DNA from: an uncultured virus (IMG/VR IMGVR_UViG_3300025327_000013)
Lineage: Duplodnaviria > Heunggongvirae > Uroviricota > Caudoviricetes
Virus record (IMG/VR): IMGVR_UViG_3300025327_000013
Length of the DNA: 64,000 nucleotides
Reading direction: 5' to 3' (one strand)
Below are positions 9,601-20,082 of this stretch, one piece after another; position 1 is the stretch's first letter; every line of letters starts with the position of its first letter. Below the pieces are notes generated by a model that was not told the origin of the DNA, made no database searches, and worked only from the letters and a program-made list of their open reading frames with translations. The translations under genes and the position numbers were made by a program.

Positions 9601-12600
9601 AGGGATTTACAAGCTTTGCAGCATTGGTCGAAGCCTCCGCACACGCTGCGGCCATTGCAGAATCCATGCTCGAAGATGCGGCGACACCTGTCACTGAAGC
9701 GGAGCAAAAAGCTACCAAAGCAGCGTTAGATAGAGCCGATGCGCTTGCAATCCTCGTCACGGTAATCCAGAAACTTGTACCAGAAACCAAGGCACTTCAA
9801 AATGCAGAGATTACTGACGCCACCAGACAAACTACGAATGCCCTACGAGATGCCGTCGCAGCATTTGGTCAGGTGGGCGCGGAAACGCAAAAATATACCC
9901 TCGCACGCGTATCACTCAAACGTTCGTATGATGATCTCCTGCCAGCGGAAAAAGCGGAGATTGACGCGCTGGCAAGATTACAGGAACGTCTACAGATACT
10001 CTCAGCCCTTGATGCTGGTACGAAGACAGCCATTGACGACCTGAAACTTTTGACCGCCAATTTTGGCCTGTCGGATGAAGCTGCAGCGCGTAATACATTA
10101 GCAATCAAGCTCACGCATAAAACTTATACAGAGCTTGCTGAAGCAGCACAGGATTCATCTGATGAGCTTGTGGAATTCATTGCCACGCAAGCAAAATTAA
10201 CAGTTGAAGCCAAACGTGTGAACGATGTCCTTGCTCTACAAGCGATAGGGTTTAGTAAACTTGCGGCAGAAGCGATCGTCGCGCAGAATTCTATTAACGC
10301 TATTAAATTCAAGGCCCTAGATGATGCTATTGTGCAATTAGAAGCAGCGAATACTAGCACACAAAAGTTTGCGGAAAAGTGGTCAGAGTTGCAGGTTCAG
10401 TTAGCTCAACAAACTGGCAATCCCTTCGCCTTCTTTCTCGCATCCATGGACGCCGCAGGAGTCAAGGCCGGCGATTTCTGGGAGAATCTCCGCACGCTAG
10501 CTGAAGATACCGCGAAGCAGATGTCCAGTTCGCTGTCCGACTTCTTTTTTGCCAAGTTCACGGGCCAGTTGACCACTGCCAAGGAACTCTTCAAAGCATT
10601 CACAGACTCCATTCTTCGGTCCATCTCGAACTTTCTGGCCCAAGCTGTCGTCTCACAATTCTTGTCGCTCCTTGGCAGCGTGGGCAGTGCAGTGTTTGGT
10701 ACTGGAGGTAGCGCTGCAGCCAGTGCTGCAAGCGCTGTCGGCGGCACTGGCTTAGGAGGTATTTCGTCTTCGGCCTTGGCAGCCCTTGGATTATCAGTTG
10801 GTGGATCAGCACTGATTGCCGGGAATGCGCTCGGTATACCTGGATTGTCGTCAGCTGGTGGCGTCGGTTCGTTAGTGGGTGGGTTGAGCGCGGTCGTGCA
10901 GGCCGTGACAGCCAATACCTCAGCAATTACAGCGGCTACGGCTGGCACGGCAAACTTTACCACGGTGATGGGTCTTCAAATCAATGCACAGGCTGCGCAA
11001 ACAGCCGGGCTGTCTGGCCTTGGAAGTCTCCAGGGTATCGGGGGTCTTGCGGGTATTGCCGGTGGACTGCTGGGCCTTTTCGGTGGCGGTGGTTTACAAG
11101 TCCAAAGTGCTTCGTCATTACTCGGTCTTCTTGGAACTGGTATCGGCTTGGCTGGTGCAGTTGGAGCAGGTGGCTTAGGTGCAGCGGCAGCTGGTGCAGG
11201 TGCTGGACTTGCTGGCGCTGGAGCGGCGGCAGCTGCCTTCGCTCCCTACATCGCCGCCGTGGTCGCGGCGGTCTTCGGTATCATGAATTCATTCCAGACA
11301 TCGACGGCTGCCGGCTGGGCCGCACTGACGCCCGCGCAGCAAACAGGGACGGTTATCGGAGCGTCGATTGGCAATCCACTCCTTGCTCCGTTCGCGTTAT
11401 CAGGCATTATTCCAGCGCGGTATGCCTCATTCATCGACCCCATTGGTGGATGGATTGGCGGTCTGCTGGGCGGTCTCTTTGGAGGAGCACCACGGCTGAC
11501 CCACGCACAGCGTGAAGCGCTCGAGGCCAACCGTGCCATCAGCGCGGCCAACGTCTTCAATCAAAATATTGCGGCATCGATGACGCCGACACAATTGTTT
11601 AGTACGCTTGTCGCTCAACAGTCTCAGTCCGTAGGAGGGACAGCGAGTACCGCTATTTCCGTAGGCATTAGACGCCCAATGACCATTGATGAGTTGCGGG
11701 CGTTAGTAGCCGCTGGCGATATTTTGCTTCCGACTGGCAAAACTGTCGAAGAAGTGATCGCGACATGGTCGAATATGTTTGCCCCGGGTGCATCAACCAC
11801 ATTTGGTGTCGGTTTGCAAAATGCCGCGCAACCCGTGTGGACACAACAAGGATTTTTCAGACAGGCTGCGTTAGATCCAACGTCTGTGTTTTCTGGTATC
11901 CAAGCTGGCGTTACGCCAGGTCTTATCACGCCGGCAAATCAAGCCGTCGTGACGACGATCCTGAATCAAATTACGAATATCAAGACGCTGAGTACCGCGA
12001 TCAACCAAGCCATCGCGGATATCTTTGCCGGAACAGGACCAACGCCACCTATAAAATTAACTGACCATTTGAGGACGCAAGCCAAGGATTTTCGTACTGT
12101 TCTCGATCAACTCATTCAAGATAACGCTGACGAGCAAGCGAGAATCACCGGACTGCTAGAGACGGAAACAAACCCAGGGAAAGTCCTGGAATACACCGTA
12201 CAAATCAGAGACCTCATCCAAGCGCGCTATGACGATGAAATCAAGCTCGTCAAACAATTTGCTGGGGCGTTAGATGAGCTTGCGGCTAATTTCGTGAAGG
12301 TTGCCAAGGCCGTAGATGATCAGATTGCTGCACTCCAAGAACAGTATTTCCCTCTCGATCCAAGTAGTCCTGAAGCTGCAACGAAGCGGCAAGCAACCCT
12401 CTTTGATGCACAGAAGATTTTTAGCAGCGCAGTCAAGGACTTTTTTGGTGGAGCGACGAAGCCATCGATTACGTCTTTGGGTTTCGGTTCCGTTGTGCCG
12501 CCAACAAGCGAGATTATGACACCGGGTGTTGGTATTGCTGCGACACGATTCGGCCCCATTACTCCTGGTTTTACTGTCGGACCAGGAGGAACTCCTACCC

Positions 12601-14561
12601 CAGAAAACGCGCAAGCTATCCAGGCAGCGGCAGCAGCCTACCTTGCGGCAGCGGATGATATACGACAAGCCGCGTACAATACCGCTGATGCTCTTGATCA
12701 ACTTGCTGAGGACCTCAGAGCCGTCAGCGAATCCATTGCAGACCAGATTGCTGAATTGCAACAAGCCTACTTTCCACCTAGCGCAGAAGAGGCGCTTGCG
12801 TCAACGCAGGATGACTTCAACCAAGCTCGACAAGCGTTCTTTGGTGGGCCTGGGGAGGGTATGCAGGCCCAAACCATAGAAAATGCGCAGGCTATCCAAG
12901 CATCGGCCTCAGCATATCTTGCGGCAGCGGATGCCATTCGGCAGGCAGCCTATAAAGCTGCGGACGCGCTGGATCAAGCTGCTGAGGAATTTCAAGCTGC
13001 CAGCGCATCTATCGCAGAGCAGATCTCCGCATTACAGCAAACATATTTTCCGCCGAGTGACACGCAAGCACTTGCATCTGCGCAGGCAGCATTTGATGTG
13101 GCAAAGGGAGCCTTCTTTGGCGGACCCGGAGAAGGCATGCAGGTACAAACCCCTCAGAGTGCACAAGCTATTCAAGCTGCAGCATCGTCATATCTTGCGG
13201 CGGCCAGTGCGGCAGACAAGAAGCGCTGGGCTGATGAACAGGCTCTGAAAAAGGCCATGGGGCAGGACGAAGAAACCCTCATTAATAATCGATACGATGC
13301 TGAACGGGAACGGATCAATGCAAAATATGATCTCGAACGGGAACGTATCCAGAAAATTCTCTCATCGATCCAAGAATTAAAGCAAGTCAGTGAAGCTCTC
13401 GAGAAACAGATTCTTGGATTGAAGCTATCTAATTTTGGTTCGACGAATCCGTCCGATCAGTTTCAGCTTGCACAGCAAACCTATGAAGATGCGCTGGCTG
13501 CGTTCAATGCCGATCCTACCGCGAAAAATGCCCAGGCTGTCCAGGCTGCTGTTGACGCCATGTTGCAGAAAGCCGCCGATTTATATACGCGACCGTCGAC
13601 AGCATTTCGCGCAATATTTGATCAAACAATCAAAGACCTTGAGGCAGTCAAAGCTCGCGTCGACAAGGAAGCTGATCTCGCAAGTTTGCTTGCAGACGGG
13701 AATGCGCTTGCAGCGCTGACAGCGAAACACACCGCAGATCTCAAAGCACTGGCAGAACAGCAACGCATCGAGTTAGCCGCAGCACTTGCCAATGCTACGT
13801 ACAAGCCCTCACCGGAATTCACAAAAATCTTTGATGACACCATCGCAACCCTTACGGCTGTCCAGGCTATCATAGATGAACAGGCAGCGGCGGCAGCGGC
13901 GGCAGCAGCAGCAACCCGCGCGGCGGCGGATGCCGCGTTCCTGGCTGTCTTTACGTCCACCATTGCCACCCTTACCGCTGTCCAGGTCATCATAGACGAT
14001 CAAGCTCGAGCCAATGCTGCGACAGCAGCAGCGACCCGTGCAGCTGCGGATGCTGCGTTTCAAGCCATCTTTAATACAACCATTGCCGCACTTGAAGCCG
14101 TCGGAGTGTCTCTCCACGCGCAGGCAGCAGAAATCACTGATGTCTTAGGTGAAATTCTTGGGATCGGTAATACGATTGCCGATCTGACCGCACACAATAC
14201 GACTGCGATGGCTGACGACATGGCAGAACTTCTCGCGTTAGTGCGTGCGCGTTTCATTGCGCTTGGATTTGAACCACCGCCACCGGAAACCCCGAGCGCT
14301 CAGCACGGTGCATGGTATACCGCAGGGGGCCTGTATCGACTTCACGAAGGTGAAATGGTCTTGCCTCCGGCTGTGGCCGCATCCATACGGCAGAGTGGCG
14401 GTGGGGGCGGAGGGATTACACTTATGATTTCCCCTGGGGCCATTGTCGTGACCGGAACCTCGGATCCTATCGAAGTAGGCAAGTCAGTCGTCAAGGAAGT
14501 CGAGTCGAGCATTCGTACTGGGCGCTTGGGACATGTCATTGCGCAGCGAGTAGGCAAATGA
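6654..14561 (+). CDS. tail tape measure protein
   Basis: 2635 aa, Ala/Leu/Gln-rich, TP901-type core (ASRAGTGFRAL), Gly-rich hydrophobic segment, C-terminal LHEGEMVLP motif. Confidence 0.92.
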   Translation: MADQATDLLLTIGADTTALRQQIALLSQELGVAIQPIKLRVEATGVKEVEQGLTGAQVAASKVTAELNDVQKALDRNAAATVRWQAEFAAGTQRAGRIQSAAIAENETLTRKLGVTQIQSGLEYEALLRKLGVTQIRAATEYEAAVRKLGVAQVQGYAENARLEQQQQLQRIRNIEALKVQLAQLQKLQASINLPAGFTSQITTLQGAQATLQAGGIIDPVVLARLKTQTSEFRREIETLNPKIAQADSFLSTFFGRFGRYIQIAGQLTLVYGAFRAVTSEITEFIAVDKILHQIAATMDQSANRAEVLRQSWALMVQANQAFGTSFSEAGKVVFELQKALNNSAEQIQGAFIPALALASLGEGNQTEIIRALIGLYKIFGDTLGNTTPQEKYLAISDKLIAAAASSIQDIDGFRTALQNVAPVAAVANISLNETLAGLILLTNGLQSASRAGTGFRALIVDLQTRGPQIAQALKIPFDIDAPLDAMKLLDRVIAKLKETGATSLQTQLAINAAFPDKRAALALEAFVKTWGDYGNALNDVTNSAGKTGVVVKELSETVSAAFGRLSGALFKGFADSLDVLFNVKPGDTAGLVQAIDAVTGAIKLLSGDAVTAITILKQLLELVPRIPKLPGEGPGRTGAETIRRFVGQVIPGLGLAQGLADIKAANDAQVIANQLASEQQYLLAAGVGDSLKSNAILAQRTELTAELNKRLAELHSIAQANLAVSDQTLSFDARLAAAEFLITKRRQERIQAENDFRQLDLPKAEQGSIDTAGAKVIATLEAENRAIKQRLELKKQVNDADIAFSQQQAKSAEDARKALEAFDNLLASQQGKLKDLTASEKFAADDMAKLLSTLNDLQFKAISPEEFAARNAAVTAFGIALQRNLIEPLLQITRSDQENALENLFAAMLKAGREADNLRSKLGPGATSGITGGVLPTGIAVQTRLTERDLGLDKMRDALNQLGAQSSNIFEQMILDTAAAGKGFTSFAALVEASAHAAAIAESMLEDAATPVTEAEQKATKAALDRADALAILVTVIQKLVPETKALQNAEITDATRQTTNALRDAVAAFGQVGAETQKYTLARVSLKRSYDDLLPAEKAEIDALARLQERLQILSALDAGTKTAIDDLKLLTANFGLSDEAAARNTLAIKLTHKTYTELAEAAQDSSDELVEFIATQAKLTVEAKRVNDVLALQAIGFSKLAAEAIVAQNSINAIKFKALDDAIVQLEAANTSTQKFAEKWSELQVQLAQQTGNPFAFFLASMDAAGVKAGDFWENLRTLAEDTAKQMSSSLSDFFFAKFTGQLTTAKELFKAFTDSILRSISNFLAQAVVSQFLSLLGSVGSAVFGTGGSAAASAASAVGGTGLGGISSSALAALGLSVGGSALIAGNALGIPGLSSAGGVGSLVGGLSAVVQAVTANTSAITAATAGTANFTTVMGLQINAQAAQTAGLSGLGSLQGIGGLAGIAGGLLGLFGGGGLQVQSASSLLGLLGTGIGLAGAVGAGGLGAAAAGAGAGLAGAGAAAAAFAPYIAAVVAAVFGIMNSFQTSTAAGWAALTPAQQTGTVIGASIGNPLLAPFALSGIIPARYASFIDPIGGWIGGLLGGLFGGAPRLTHAQREALEANRAISAANVFNQNIAASMTPTQLFSTLVAQQSQSVGGTASTAISVGIRRPMTIDELRALVAAGDILLPTGKTVEEVIATWSNMFAPGASTTFGVGLQNAAQPVWTQQGFFRQAALDPTSVFSGIQAGVTPGLITPANQAVVTTILNQITNIKTLSTAINQAIADIFAGTGPTPPIKLTDHLRTQAKDFRTVLDQLIQDNADEQARITGLLETETNPGKVLEYTVQIRDLIQARYDDEIKLVKQFAGALDELAANFVKVAKAVDDQIAALQEQYFPLDPSSPEAATKRQATLFDAQKIFSSAVKDFFGGATKPSITSLGFGSVVPPTSEIMTPGVGIAATRFGPITPGFTVGPGGTPTPENAQAIQAAAAAYLAAADDIRQAAYNTADALDQLAEDLRAVSESIADQIAELQQAYFPPSAEEALASTQDDFNQARQAFFGGPGEGMQAQTIENAQAIQASASAYLAAADAIRQAAYKAADALDQAAEEFQAASASIAEQISALQQTYFPPSDTQALASAQAAFDVAKGAFFGGPGEGMQVQTPQSAQAIQAAASSYLAAASAADKKRWADEQALKKAMGQDEETLINNRYDAERERINAKYDLERERIQKILSSIQELKQVSEALEKQILGLKLSNFGSTNPSDQFQLAQQTYEDALAAFNADPTAKNAQAVQAAVDAMLQKAADLYTRPSTAFRAIFDQTIKDLEAVKARVDKEADLASLLADGNALAALTAKHTADLKALAEQQRIELAAALANATYKPSPEFTKIFDDTIATLTAVQAIIDEQAAAAAAAAAATRAAADAAFLAVFTSTIATLTAVQVIIDDQARANAATAAATRAAADAAFQAIFNTTIAALEAVGVSLHAQAAEITDVLGEILGIGNTIADLTAHNTTAMADDMAELLALVRARFIALGFEPPPPETPSAQHGAWYTAGGLYRLHEGEMVLPPAVAASIRQSGGGGGGITLMISPGAIVVTGTSDPIEVGKSVVKEVESSIRTGRLGHVIAQRVGK

Positions 14562-15358
14562 GAAGCTACCCGACGTATCTGTCGTTGCTCAATTACGTAG
14601 CGACGGCTGCGATTACCACGACTGATCCCAATGGTAGTGCGACGGCAGACTATATACGATCTCCAGGGCGTCCGTTCCTTCCGTGGCGAACGGGTGCGCT
14701 GGGTGCGCAAAACATCGTGATCAATTTCGGCAGTACGAAGTCTGTCAAGCTGCTACTCCTTGTTCGGACAAACTTTACAACCGCGAATATTCAAGGTCAT
14801 CCATCCGATTCCTGGGGAGCCCCGGCGTTTGATCAAGCCATTACGATCAGCCGGAACCCGTGGAATTATCGCTATCAATGGGGCATGCGAGTGGTCGGAT
14901 TCAGCTATCAGTACATGCGTATTTCTATCCCGAGCCAATCGACTACGGATGGGAGTACTGGATACCTTCTTGGAGGAGTGTGGGCAGGCGATGAACTCCG
15001 TATCCCGCGACAATTCCGCTTTGACTACGATGCTGAGACGGTGGAACCGCTCGTGGATATGATTCCACCGCACCAGGGTTGGCGGCAACGGCTCATCATG
15101 GGCGAACCGATGGCGCGATTTACGTTTTCCAGGATTGCGACGATCGATCAGTTCACGCCAGGGTACGCGGATCAATTGCTCGCGTGGAAGGATATCGATC
15201 GGCAGATCCGTGAGAATGATATCTGCGCCCTTCTGCTGACCACGCAAGATCCTGCACAGGCCTTCGTCGTCCGGCCCACTGGAGATAACAAGTGGCGGCG
15301 GAACAAATATACGATGGCGGAGCATCAAATATCGCTCGAGGAAGTTATTGGGCCATGA
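14558..15358 (+). CDS. putative distal tail protein
   Basis: First gene after tape measure, ATGA overlap; positional inference. Confidence 0.55.
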   Translation: MRSYPTYLSLLNYVATAAITTTDPNGSATADYIRSPGRPFLPWRTGALGAQNIVINFGSTKSVKLLLLVRTNFTTANIQGHPSDSWGAPAFDQAITISRNPWNYRYQWGMRVVGFSYQYMRISIPSQSTTDGSTGYLLGGVWAGDELRIPRQFRFDYDAETVEPLVDMIPPHQGWRQRLIMGEPMARFTFSRIATIDQFTPGYADQLLAWKDIDRQIRENDICALLLTTQDPAQAFVVRPTGDNKWRRNKYTMAEHQISLEEVIGP

Positions 15359-15382
15359 TATGCCATTTGAGGAGGCTGACTA

Positions 15383-16060
15383 ATGTTTGTCAATCCTAAT
15401 ACTGAGATCATCTCCTGCATGTCGTGTGGGATCTCTCACGCCTTACCTGTGGAGATTCGACAGCGTCTTGCGTCTGCACAAGGTTTCGCCGACCGTCATC
15501 TCGAGCATTCACTCACCTTTGGACGCATTGCCCCGCCAGGCGTCCATGCGCAGTACGGCGTCGCGTGGAACAGTGACGTCAAGATTGCCTTGCAAGCCGT
15601 GCAGACCATGACGGTCACAAATCTGCATTCGCTGGCCAATTCTGCTACGGCAGGTTGGCAGAGTGCTGTGGTTGATAATACCTCGAACTTATTTCTCGAA
15701 TCCCTCGTACAGGTCGTGCTGGATTTTGCCAACACCGCTCCAGCGAATTCCAAGGCTGCGTTTGTCTTTGCCTATGGAGGGATTGAAACAGGGGTATACA
15801 GCAATCCGGCAAGTGGGACAGAAGGCGCGCTCACGCTCGTCGATGTGGATAGCAATGCACAGAATCTTCGGCTGATTGGCACGATGCCGTATACCACGGC
15901 TGATGAAGTCGTTGAATCTTCGCCAATGAGCGTTGCGGCTGCGTTCGGAGGCTTATTGCCTCCGTTTTGGGGCCTAGCCATCATGAACCGGTCGGGCGCT
16001 GCCCTTGCAGGGAGCGGTAATACGGTGAAACATCGCGGACTCTATACGACAATTATCTAG
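15383..16060 (+). CDS. putative virion structural protein
   Basis: GAGGAGG RBS; beta-rich composition; in the tail operon. Confidence 0.6.
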   Translation: MFVNPNTEIISCMSCGISHALPVEIRQRLASAQGFADRHLEHSLTFGRIAPPGVHAQYGVAWNSDVKIALQAVQTMTVTNLHSLANSATAGWQSAVVDNTSNLFLESLVQVVLDFANTAPANSKAAFVFAYGGIETGVYSNPASGTEGALTLVDVDSNAQNLRLIGTMPYTTADEVVESSPMSVAAAFGGLLPPFWGLAIMNRSGAALAGSGNTVKHRGLYTTII

Positions 16061-16080
16061 ATTACCCGGTGACTTAAGCC

Positions 16081-19000
16081 GTGCTCGTTATCGGAAGCAA
16101 GCGTTGGACTGAGAAACCCCCACTCGGTATTGGGCTGAATCACAGCCTTCCCGCGGGAACACTCGGCCTGTGGCTCATGAATGAAGGTCTTGGTATTCGC
16201 AATATCCTACGCGAGGAATTTGGGGCTGTCACAGGCACACGAACCGCTGGCGTAGGTTCTCGCGGCACAATGCTGTCTCACACAGCAACGACTGCTCGAT
16301 CTGATCTGTTCGCTGCAGCTATTGCAGCGAGTATCGTTCCTACGCAAGAGATTACGGTGTGTCTCGGTTATGAAAAACGAGATGCCACGCTTCGTAATAG
16401 TGGTGCGTTCGGTACTGGTAGTACCAATGCAGAACGGTGTGGCGTTCATCTTCCGTATACGGATGGCAAGGTCTATTGGGATTTCGGCGGTGTTGTCGAA
16501 GGTACCACGCGGCTGAGTATCGCTGGACTGACTACCTCTGATTATCATACCTGGGCATTCACCAGCGGGCCGCGTGGTATGGAAATCTGGCAGGATAGCA
16601 TACTCCGCGCAGCCAATAGCAGTAATCCTACGAGGACGGCTTCAGCTTCAGCGTTTCGGTTGGGCATTCACCCAACTGGAAGTACCAGTGATCTCGCAAA
16701 TTATTATTGGGTCTGGATCCACCGTTCACAAATGCCGGTACAAGTTTTACAGGATATTCTGCTTGATCCATACAACACGCTGTGCGCTCCTAAATCTCTA
16801 TCGAAAAGGTTTTTCACGCCGAATATTGTAGTACCAGGCATATCTGTATTTGATGACGTACTTGGTACGGAAGACATCAGTTTAACATTGGCTGCTCAGG
16901 GTGAGATAAAAACTCACGATGATGATGATGTCGTAGACAACGCGGACGTATCTGTATCTCTCGCCCTATTGGTAGTGGACTCGAATATCTCTACAGATGA
17001 CGTACAAATAGCGACAGCCACGGTATTGTTGTTTACATCGGACGATATTGTTACCACAGAATCCGTGGCATTTGGAACAGCCGTTATCGGCACCTCGATT
17101 ACTGCAGCCGATATAGCAAGTATAACAGATGTCGCATCCGTTCAACTACCGGCTGTCCCTGTAGGTCCAGCTGTTCTCCTGATCGATGTTCCGACGATCA
17201 CGGAATCCGTTGCTCTTGCCTTCAATCCAGGAACACCCTACGCATTAGATACTATTGATGTCACGGATTCAGTAACGCTGGCATTCTCCAATCTTCAGAT
17301 TGATGTGTTTGATGATGCCAACACGACTGAAAGCTGGCAAGTCTTTGCCCTCACGCTCCAGGATACACAGGGCGGCACAGGTGGCGGAGCACCCACTGCA
17401 GTCTGGCGACCTGTCTGGCTCATTGATATGTCGCAAATCACCATTATCCCAGCACCGTATACGTCTGCTGAACTCAAATTCTCCAACGTCGATATCGAAC
17501 AGTATCCGCCCTATAACGGTCGCATCCTTGATGATCCGATCATTGATCGTCAACTCATGGATACATTTTGGGGGTTCACGCAGGTCTCGACCGTCTCGTT
17601 CTCGCTGGCGAATGCCGATGGATATCTCACGAATCTGTTTACACACAATCTCCGTGACCAGCCGATTACCATCCAGCGATATGATATTGCCTCCGGTGTG
17701 ACGGTTGAGGCTCTCTGGGCCAAGATTAGCAGTGTTGCGTTGGGCGACGGTGAAATTATTATTACCGCAGAAAGTCCAGCGCTCGAACTTTTCGAGCAGG
17801 AGATACCAAAGAAAGACGTTAACATCCGAGATTTCCCGTGGTCTGTCGGCGGTCCAGACGTCGGCAAAGTGATTCCCGTTGTCTTTGGCGATGCGAAAGC
17901 GGTTCCCATGGTGTACGTGTACGACGGCGTGACAGAGAACATTTATGAATATGTCCTTGCTGGGAATCTAACGATCAATGCGCTCTACCGCAATAAACCA
18001 GACGGATCACTTGAACTGATAGAGACCTCAGAATATCTGATCTCGACGGATCGGTACCCCGGGAATACATGTGTGCGTTTCCCGATCAGGCAACGGGATT
18101 TTAGCAATAACTTTCATCAGATCTATGCTGACGCATCCTCGAGTAGCCGGAACTTTGCTGATGCCATTGAGGAAGTCATTACCAATAGTGAATGGGGACT
18201 CAATCACCTCGTTGACCTTATTTCGTTCGGTGATGTTGCGCAGGCGCTCGAAGATCTTGGATTACTGTGTGATGGATTCCTGAATACGAAACTCCAAGCC
18301 CAAGCTGTGCTGAATAGCCTTATGATTGTACGCGGAATGCGTCTGGGATTCAATGCCTCCGGACTCATTACCCTGGCAGCAGATACCGCACCAGCCGTCA
18401 TTTCAATGCAGATCCGCGACGGGACTGGTGATGGAGAGCGAAATATTCTGAAAGCCGGGAAAAAGGCTATCGTTGATTCGAAGAATGCGATCTCGACCTA
18501 TATCGTCAATTATCGTCTTGATGGGACAAAGGATACCTATCTCTCCAAACAGACACGCGTGGTCACCGGCATTGGAAAAGAGAAATCTCTCGACGCCCCA
18601 TTTATTTGGGATCACGTCACGGCGGATAAGGTCACAGACTACTTGGCGAAGCGCGAATTCTATGGCCAAGTTACATGTGATTTTGAAGTCACTCAGGAAG
18701 CACGCCGCCTCATTGAGGGAAATCTTGTTCGCGTATTCTATACCCCGTGTGGCTATGCTAACGACATCGTTGAGATTCGCCAGGTACAGAAACGGCGAGA
18801 AAGCATCCAAGTGGTAGTCGTCGGCTGGGATCAATCGATCTACGTGTATACACCAGGAGTACTCCCGATTGATACACCACCTGGTACGCCACCTGGCAGT
18901 CCGCCGCCGGCACCGCCGCCTGGTACTGGACCACCTCCAGGTACATGGAATCCTCCACCGCCGCCAGGAGGGACACCGCCAGGAGGTACACCATTCGGCA

Positions 19001-19770
19001 GCATCGCTATTCCACGTCCTGGTGGCCTTGAAATTCCAGGGCAACGTCTTGACCAGGAATTTGTCGGCTGCGATGTTATCTTGCACTGGCACGCGAACTC
19101 AGAACTCTTTTTCACTAGTCAAGATGAGGAAAACCTGACTGGTTCAACGGTTGCCGGGTACTGGGTCACGGTGATTGTCAACGACGTTACCGTGCGAGAG
19201 GAATTCGTCAAGATTGCCGCGTACGAATACACGATTTTCAAGAACATGACTGACAATCCACCGTTTGGTGCGCGCATAATCACGTTCAAGATTCAAACTC
19301 AATCCCTCACCAATCGCCTCGGCGAACCGAACTATATTACGGTCTTTAATCTCGAGGAAGATCTCACGCCACGGTGGGCGGCGGTCTACGACGATCTTAG
19401 TGTAACGGATAGTGTCGCCTTCGCATTTGGCTTTGCAACAGGAAATGTGTTCGATGACAATCCGGTGACCGAACTCGTCGATGTGATAATCCAGGGGCGG
19501 CAAGCCATTGCACGAGACTACCAAGACGTCTGGGACTACGTCACGGTACAGATCAACGCGTGCTTCATCAACGTCACGGATTATATCGCGGAATACGACG
19601 TGGTTGAGCGCATTGAGTCAACCGGCCTTTCGATCTTTGTCGCTGAAGACATTCAGTCGGACGATATTGCAGCGATCAGTAGCAATGTCATTACTGTTTC
19701 TGACGACATTAACCTTACTTTCAATCCAGAAGGACAGACATTTGAAAAGGTTACAATAGTTAGGGGGTAA
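16081..19770 (+). CDS. tail tip/baseplate hub protein with N-terminal LamG/ConA-like domain
   Basis: GLWLMNEG...YHTWAFT...MEIWQD LamG-like pattern; acidic D..T(E/D)SV repeats; IPVVFGD hub-like segment; PPGT linker; FN3-like region. Confidence 0.7.
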   Translation: MLVIGSKRWTEKPPLGIGLNHSLPAGTLGLWLMNEGLGIRNILREEFGAVTGTRTAGVGSRGTMLSHTATTARSDLFAAAIAASIVPTQEITVCLGYEKRDATLRNSGAFGTGSTNAERCGVHLPYTDGKVYWDFGGVVEGTTRLSIAGLTTSDYHTWAFTSGPRGMEIWQDSILRAANSSNPTRTASASAFRLGIHPTGSTSDLANYYWVWIHRSQMPVQVLQDILLDPYNTLCAPKSLSKRFFTPNIVVPGISVFDDVLGTEDISLTLAAQGEIKTHDDDDVVDNADVSVSLALLVVDSNISTDDVQIATATVLLFTSDDIVTTESVAFGTAVIGTSITAADIASITDVASVQLPAVPVGPAVLLIDVPTITESVALAFNPGTPYALDTIDVTDSVTLAFSNLQIDVFDDANTTESWQVFALTLQDTQGGTGGGAPTAVWRPVWLIDMSQITIIPAPYTSAELKFSNVDIEQYPPYNGRILDDPIIDRQLMDTFWGFTQVSTVSFSLANADGYLTNLFTHNLRDQPITIQRYDIASGVTVEALWAKISSVALGDGEIIITAESPALELFEQEIPKKDVNIRDFPWSVGGPDVGKVIPVVFGDAKAVPMVYVYDGVTENIYEYVLAGNLTINALYRNKPDGSLELIETSEYLISTDRYPGNTCVRFPIRQRDFSNNFHQIYADASSSSRNFADAIEEVITNSEWGLNHLVDLISFGDVAQALEDLGLLCDGFLNTKLQAQAVLNSLMIVRGMRLGFNASGLITLAADTAPAVISMQIRDGTGDGERNILKAGKKAIVDSKNAISTYIVNYRLDGTKDTYLSKQTRVVTGIGKEKSLDAPFIWDHVTADKVTDYLAKREFYGQVTCDFEVTQEARRLIEGNLVRVFYTPCGYANDIVEIRQVQKRRESIQVVVVGWDQSIYVYTPGVLPIDTPPGTPPGSPPPAPPPGTGPPPGTWNPPPPPGGTPPGGTPFGSIAIPRPGGLEIPGQRLDQEFVGCDVILHWHANSELFFTSQDEENLTGSTVAGYWVTVIVNDVTVREEFVKIAAYEYTIFKNMTDNPPFGARIITFKIQTQSLTNRLGEPNYITVFNLEEDLTPRWAAVYDDLSVTDSVAFAFGFATGNVFDDNPVTELVDVIIQGRQAIARDYQDVWDYVTVQINACFINVTDYIAEYDVVERIESTGLSIFVAEDIQSDDIAAISSNVITVSDDINLTFNPEGQTFEKVTIVRG

Positions 19771-19775
19771 TAAGC

Positions 19776-20075
19776 ATGTCCAACCCACGAATGGACGTAC
19801 TTAGACACCGGAAAGATAATATGAATTTCCTCAAGGCTCTCGTCTTGTCTGACATTCCAGCAGAATTGCCGGAAATTCAGAAACTTCGGATGAAGATATC
19901 AGCCGCACGCGCATTGTTTCTCGCTATGGAAACCGCCCTGACGTCGCTCCACGAACGAGAGATACCACGGTCCATGCGTACGGTAGATCCTAATGCCCAT
20001 CTCGTGCACATCGAAAGCCGTGCATTGGTTGAGGTTGCGCTCCAACTGATTACGCACGCGAAGACGACTTTGTGA
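19776..20075 (+). CDS. hypothetical protein
   Basis: AGGGG RBS; fills the gap in the operon. Confidence 0.55.
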   Translation: MSNPRMDVLRHRKDNMNFLKALVLSDIPAELPEIQKLRMKISAARALFLAMETALTSLHEREIPRSMRTVDPNAHLVHIESRALVEVALQLITHAKTTL

Positions 20076-20082
20076 GGACCGA

